A stretch of 26,588 bases of DNA from a virus (lineage: Duplodnaviria > Caudoviricetes): positions 1 to 26,588 of the IMG/VR virus record IMGVR_UViG_3300036975_000049; one strand, written 5' to 3'. The translations under genes were made by a program, and so were the position numbers. The notes under the pieces were generated by a model, which made no database searches, had not been told where the DNA came from, and saw nothing but the letters and a program-made list of their open reading frames with translations. Positions 25,335 to 26,588 of this stretch are shown here, in pieces (the stretch's first letter is position 1; every line of letters begins with the position of its first letter).

Positions 25335-25895
25335 TTAGTTTTTTCCTGCCTCTTTTAGTTGTTTTTGCCCGATCGATAATATCAGGTCTTTTTCTGCTTC
25401 GGTAAAATCACTGATGGGTATATCCTCTATTTTTCTGTGAGAGTGGTCAATATTACCTGAATGTATATGGTTTATTGTAGCGGAATCTGACCAAGTGTCA
25501 CGGAACATGATAGACAGCCATTTGTGGGCAGCCCATGAATCAGGTGGATAATATTTGGTTGTTTCAGCGCGGATTATTTCCCCTTTGTCGCAGAAGATTT
25601 TTTCTTCCGGCATGGTAAAACCTGTAGCCCTTAGAACTAATGATTTTGCCACTTTTTCACCCATTTTAAGGCGGGATGTATCAAGTGCTTTTTTGAATTC
25701 GGGGATTGTCCTTGCCCAATATTCGATTGTTGTAACATCAACATCAAACAGTATAGCGAGGTCAGCGTTTCTTGCGCCTAGGAACCCTACGAAATGTTCT
25801 GTCTTTTCAATAACGTCAGGGGTGCATTTGCTCTTAGGCCCCGTTTTTTTTCTTGTTTCTGGTTTTACTTTACTTACCGGCTTTGTTCGCTTCAT
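25335..25895 (-). CDS. terS: Terminase small subunit, 186 aa
   Basis: HTH (ADLAILFDVDVTTIEYW...PEF), SLVLRATGF and KYYPPD. Directly upstream of terL. Confidence 0.85.
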   Translation of the reverse strand: MKRTKPVSKVKPETRKKTGPKSKCTPDVIEKTEHFVGFLGARNADLAILFDVDVTTIEYWARTIPEFKKALDTSRLKMGEKVAKSLVLRATGFTMPEEKIFCDKGEIIRAETTKYYPPDSWAAHKWLSIMFRDTWSDSATINHIHSGNIDHSHRKIEDIPISDFTEAEKDLILSIGQKQLKEAGKN

Positions 25896-25928
25896 TATGT
25901 TAACTCCCCCTCCCCTCTTAATTTAATT

Positions 25929-25936
25929 CAAAATTA
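25929..25936 (-). promoter_or_regulatory. Bacteroidota-type -7 promoter box (TAATTTTG) facing terS
   Basis: Matches TAnnTTTG, 33 nt upstream of terS. No clear -33 TTTG box, and the region is very AT-rich. Confidence 0.4.
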
Positions 25937-26018
25937 AAGAAATAATTAAAAAAAAATAATTTTAATACTTTTTTCTGTTATTTTATAAAGTTTGTAATTT
26001 TACAACAACAAAAAAGTA

Positions 26019-26026
26019 TATGTTTG
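26019..26026 (+). promoter_or_regulatory. Bacteroidota-type -7 promoter box (TATGTTTG) facing the divergent gene
   Basis: Matches TAnnTTTG, 19 nt upstream of ATG 26046. A TTTG lies at 25991-25994, with a 24-nt spacer that is longer than canonical. Confidence 0.45.
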
Positions 26027-26045
26027 TAACCAATACAACTATAAA

Positions 26046-26588
26046 ATGAAAAAAGAAGATTTAATCAAAGCTGCTAATGAGCTAAATGATTTATTTTTTG
26101 AGGCCGGCGACCCTCAGAAAATTAATGTAGAAAGTGCTGAAAAAATATTAAAATCCGGCATTGCTAAATCCTGCAAATTATTGGAAAATGGTGATCAGGT
26201 ATCGGATACAGTAAAAAAAATACTCAAAGGTTTAATTGATGAAAATATTTACTCTGATTTAGCTTTACAACAACTAGACGATGTTTTGGGCATTAAAATA
26301 CATGACGATGATAAAACTGAAAGCTCCAATCATGAAGAAAATGGAAATGAAAACGACGTAGAGCCAGAGAAACAAATTAAAGAGGAGGAAAAAAACCAAA
26401 CTCCAATAAAACACTCTGCAGGGTATGTATTAAGAAAAAGGCGAAAAAAATCGGGGGTAAATGTATCAAATTTAATTTATAGGTTTACATACGAATACCC
26501 GGATATGTCCGCTAAGGATATTGTAAATGAAATAAATAAAAAGGGAATAAAGATTTCCTTGGCTACAGTAAAAATGAGAATGTATGAG
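26046..26588 (+). CDS. Hypothetical protein with possible winged-helix/HTH DNA-binding domain (partial; not in the ORF track)
   Basis: Manual translation MKKEDLIKAANELNDLFF..., then an acidic linker, then YPDMSAKDIVNEINKKGIKISLATVKMRMYE. Open to the window end. Confidence 0.65.
   Translation, partial: MKKEDLIKAANELNDLFFEAGDPQKINVESAEKILKSGIAKSCKLLENGDQVSDTVKKILKGLIDENIYSDLALQQLDDVLGIKIHDDDKTESSNHEENGNENDVEPEKQIKEEEKNQTPIKHSAGYVLRKRRKKSGVNVSNLIYRFTYEYPDMSAKDIVNEINKKGIKISLATVKMRMYE

Noticed and set aside
1628-25895. Stop-codon reassignment as seen in some Bacteroidota phages
   Set aside because: Genes are full length and densely packed under the standard code. TAA, TAG and TGA all end genes at sensible boundaries.
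25881-25895. Histone H3 tail (ARTK) mimicry by the RTK motif
   Set aside because: The resemblance is only three residues and the host is bacterial. Nothing else supports it.
235-25926. All plus-strand ORFs in the track, and the short alternative-frame minus ORFs 17773..17997 and 20723..20926
   Set aside because: They are antisense or off-frame shadows of well-supported minus-strand genes and show no recognisable motifs.
1-26588. CRISPR array, tRNA/rRNA, integrase, IS element, intron or intein
   Set aside because: None was recognised. There are no intergenic gaps large enough, and terL, portal and MCP have ordinary lengths. Prophage versus free phage cannot be decided from this window.

Overview
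The window is the packaging, head, neck and tail morphogenesis region of a tailed phage or prophage, most likely siphovirus-like (tail tube and long tape measure, no sheath). Almost all of it is on the minus strand. Gene order from right to left: terminase small and large subunits; a ~5.8 kb insert (ECF sigma factor fused to a membrane/lipoprotein domain, four signal-peptide proteins including a beta-helix protein, membrane proteins, a DUF5675-type endolysin and a holin-like gene); portal; gp7/MuF; DUF2213-type protease-scaffold; decoration protein; major capsid; a tightly coupled six-gene glycan-modification cassette (Maf/CstII-like, GT29-like, methyltransferase, two sulfotransferases, GT8-like); adaptor, closure and neck genes; tail tube; frameshifted tail chaperones; tape measure; and a partial tail protein. 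A divergent partial gene starts at the right end. Signal peptides ending in Gln, D-(S/T)-hydrophobic sequons and TAnnTTTG boxes point to a Bacteroidota/FCB host. The most notable observations are the putative virion glycosylation/sulfation cassette, a shared M-[EK]-R-T-K peptide motif in packaging and head proteins, and the membrane-tethered ECF sigma factor. All functional calls come from motif recognition by eye and from synteny; no database search was run.
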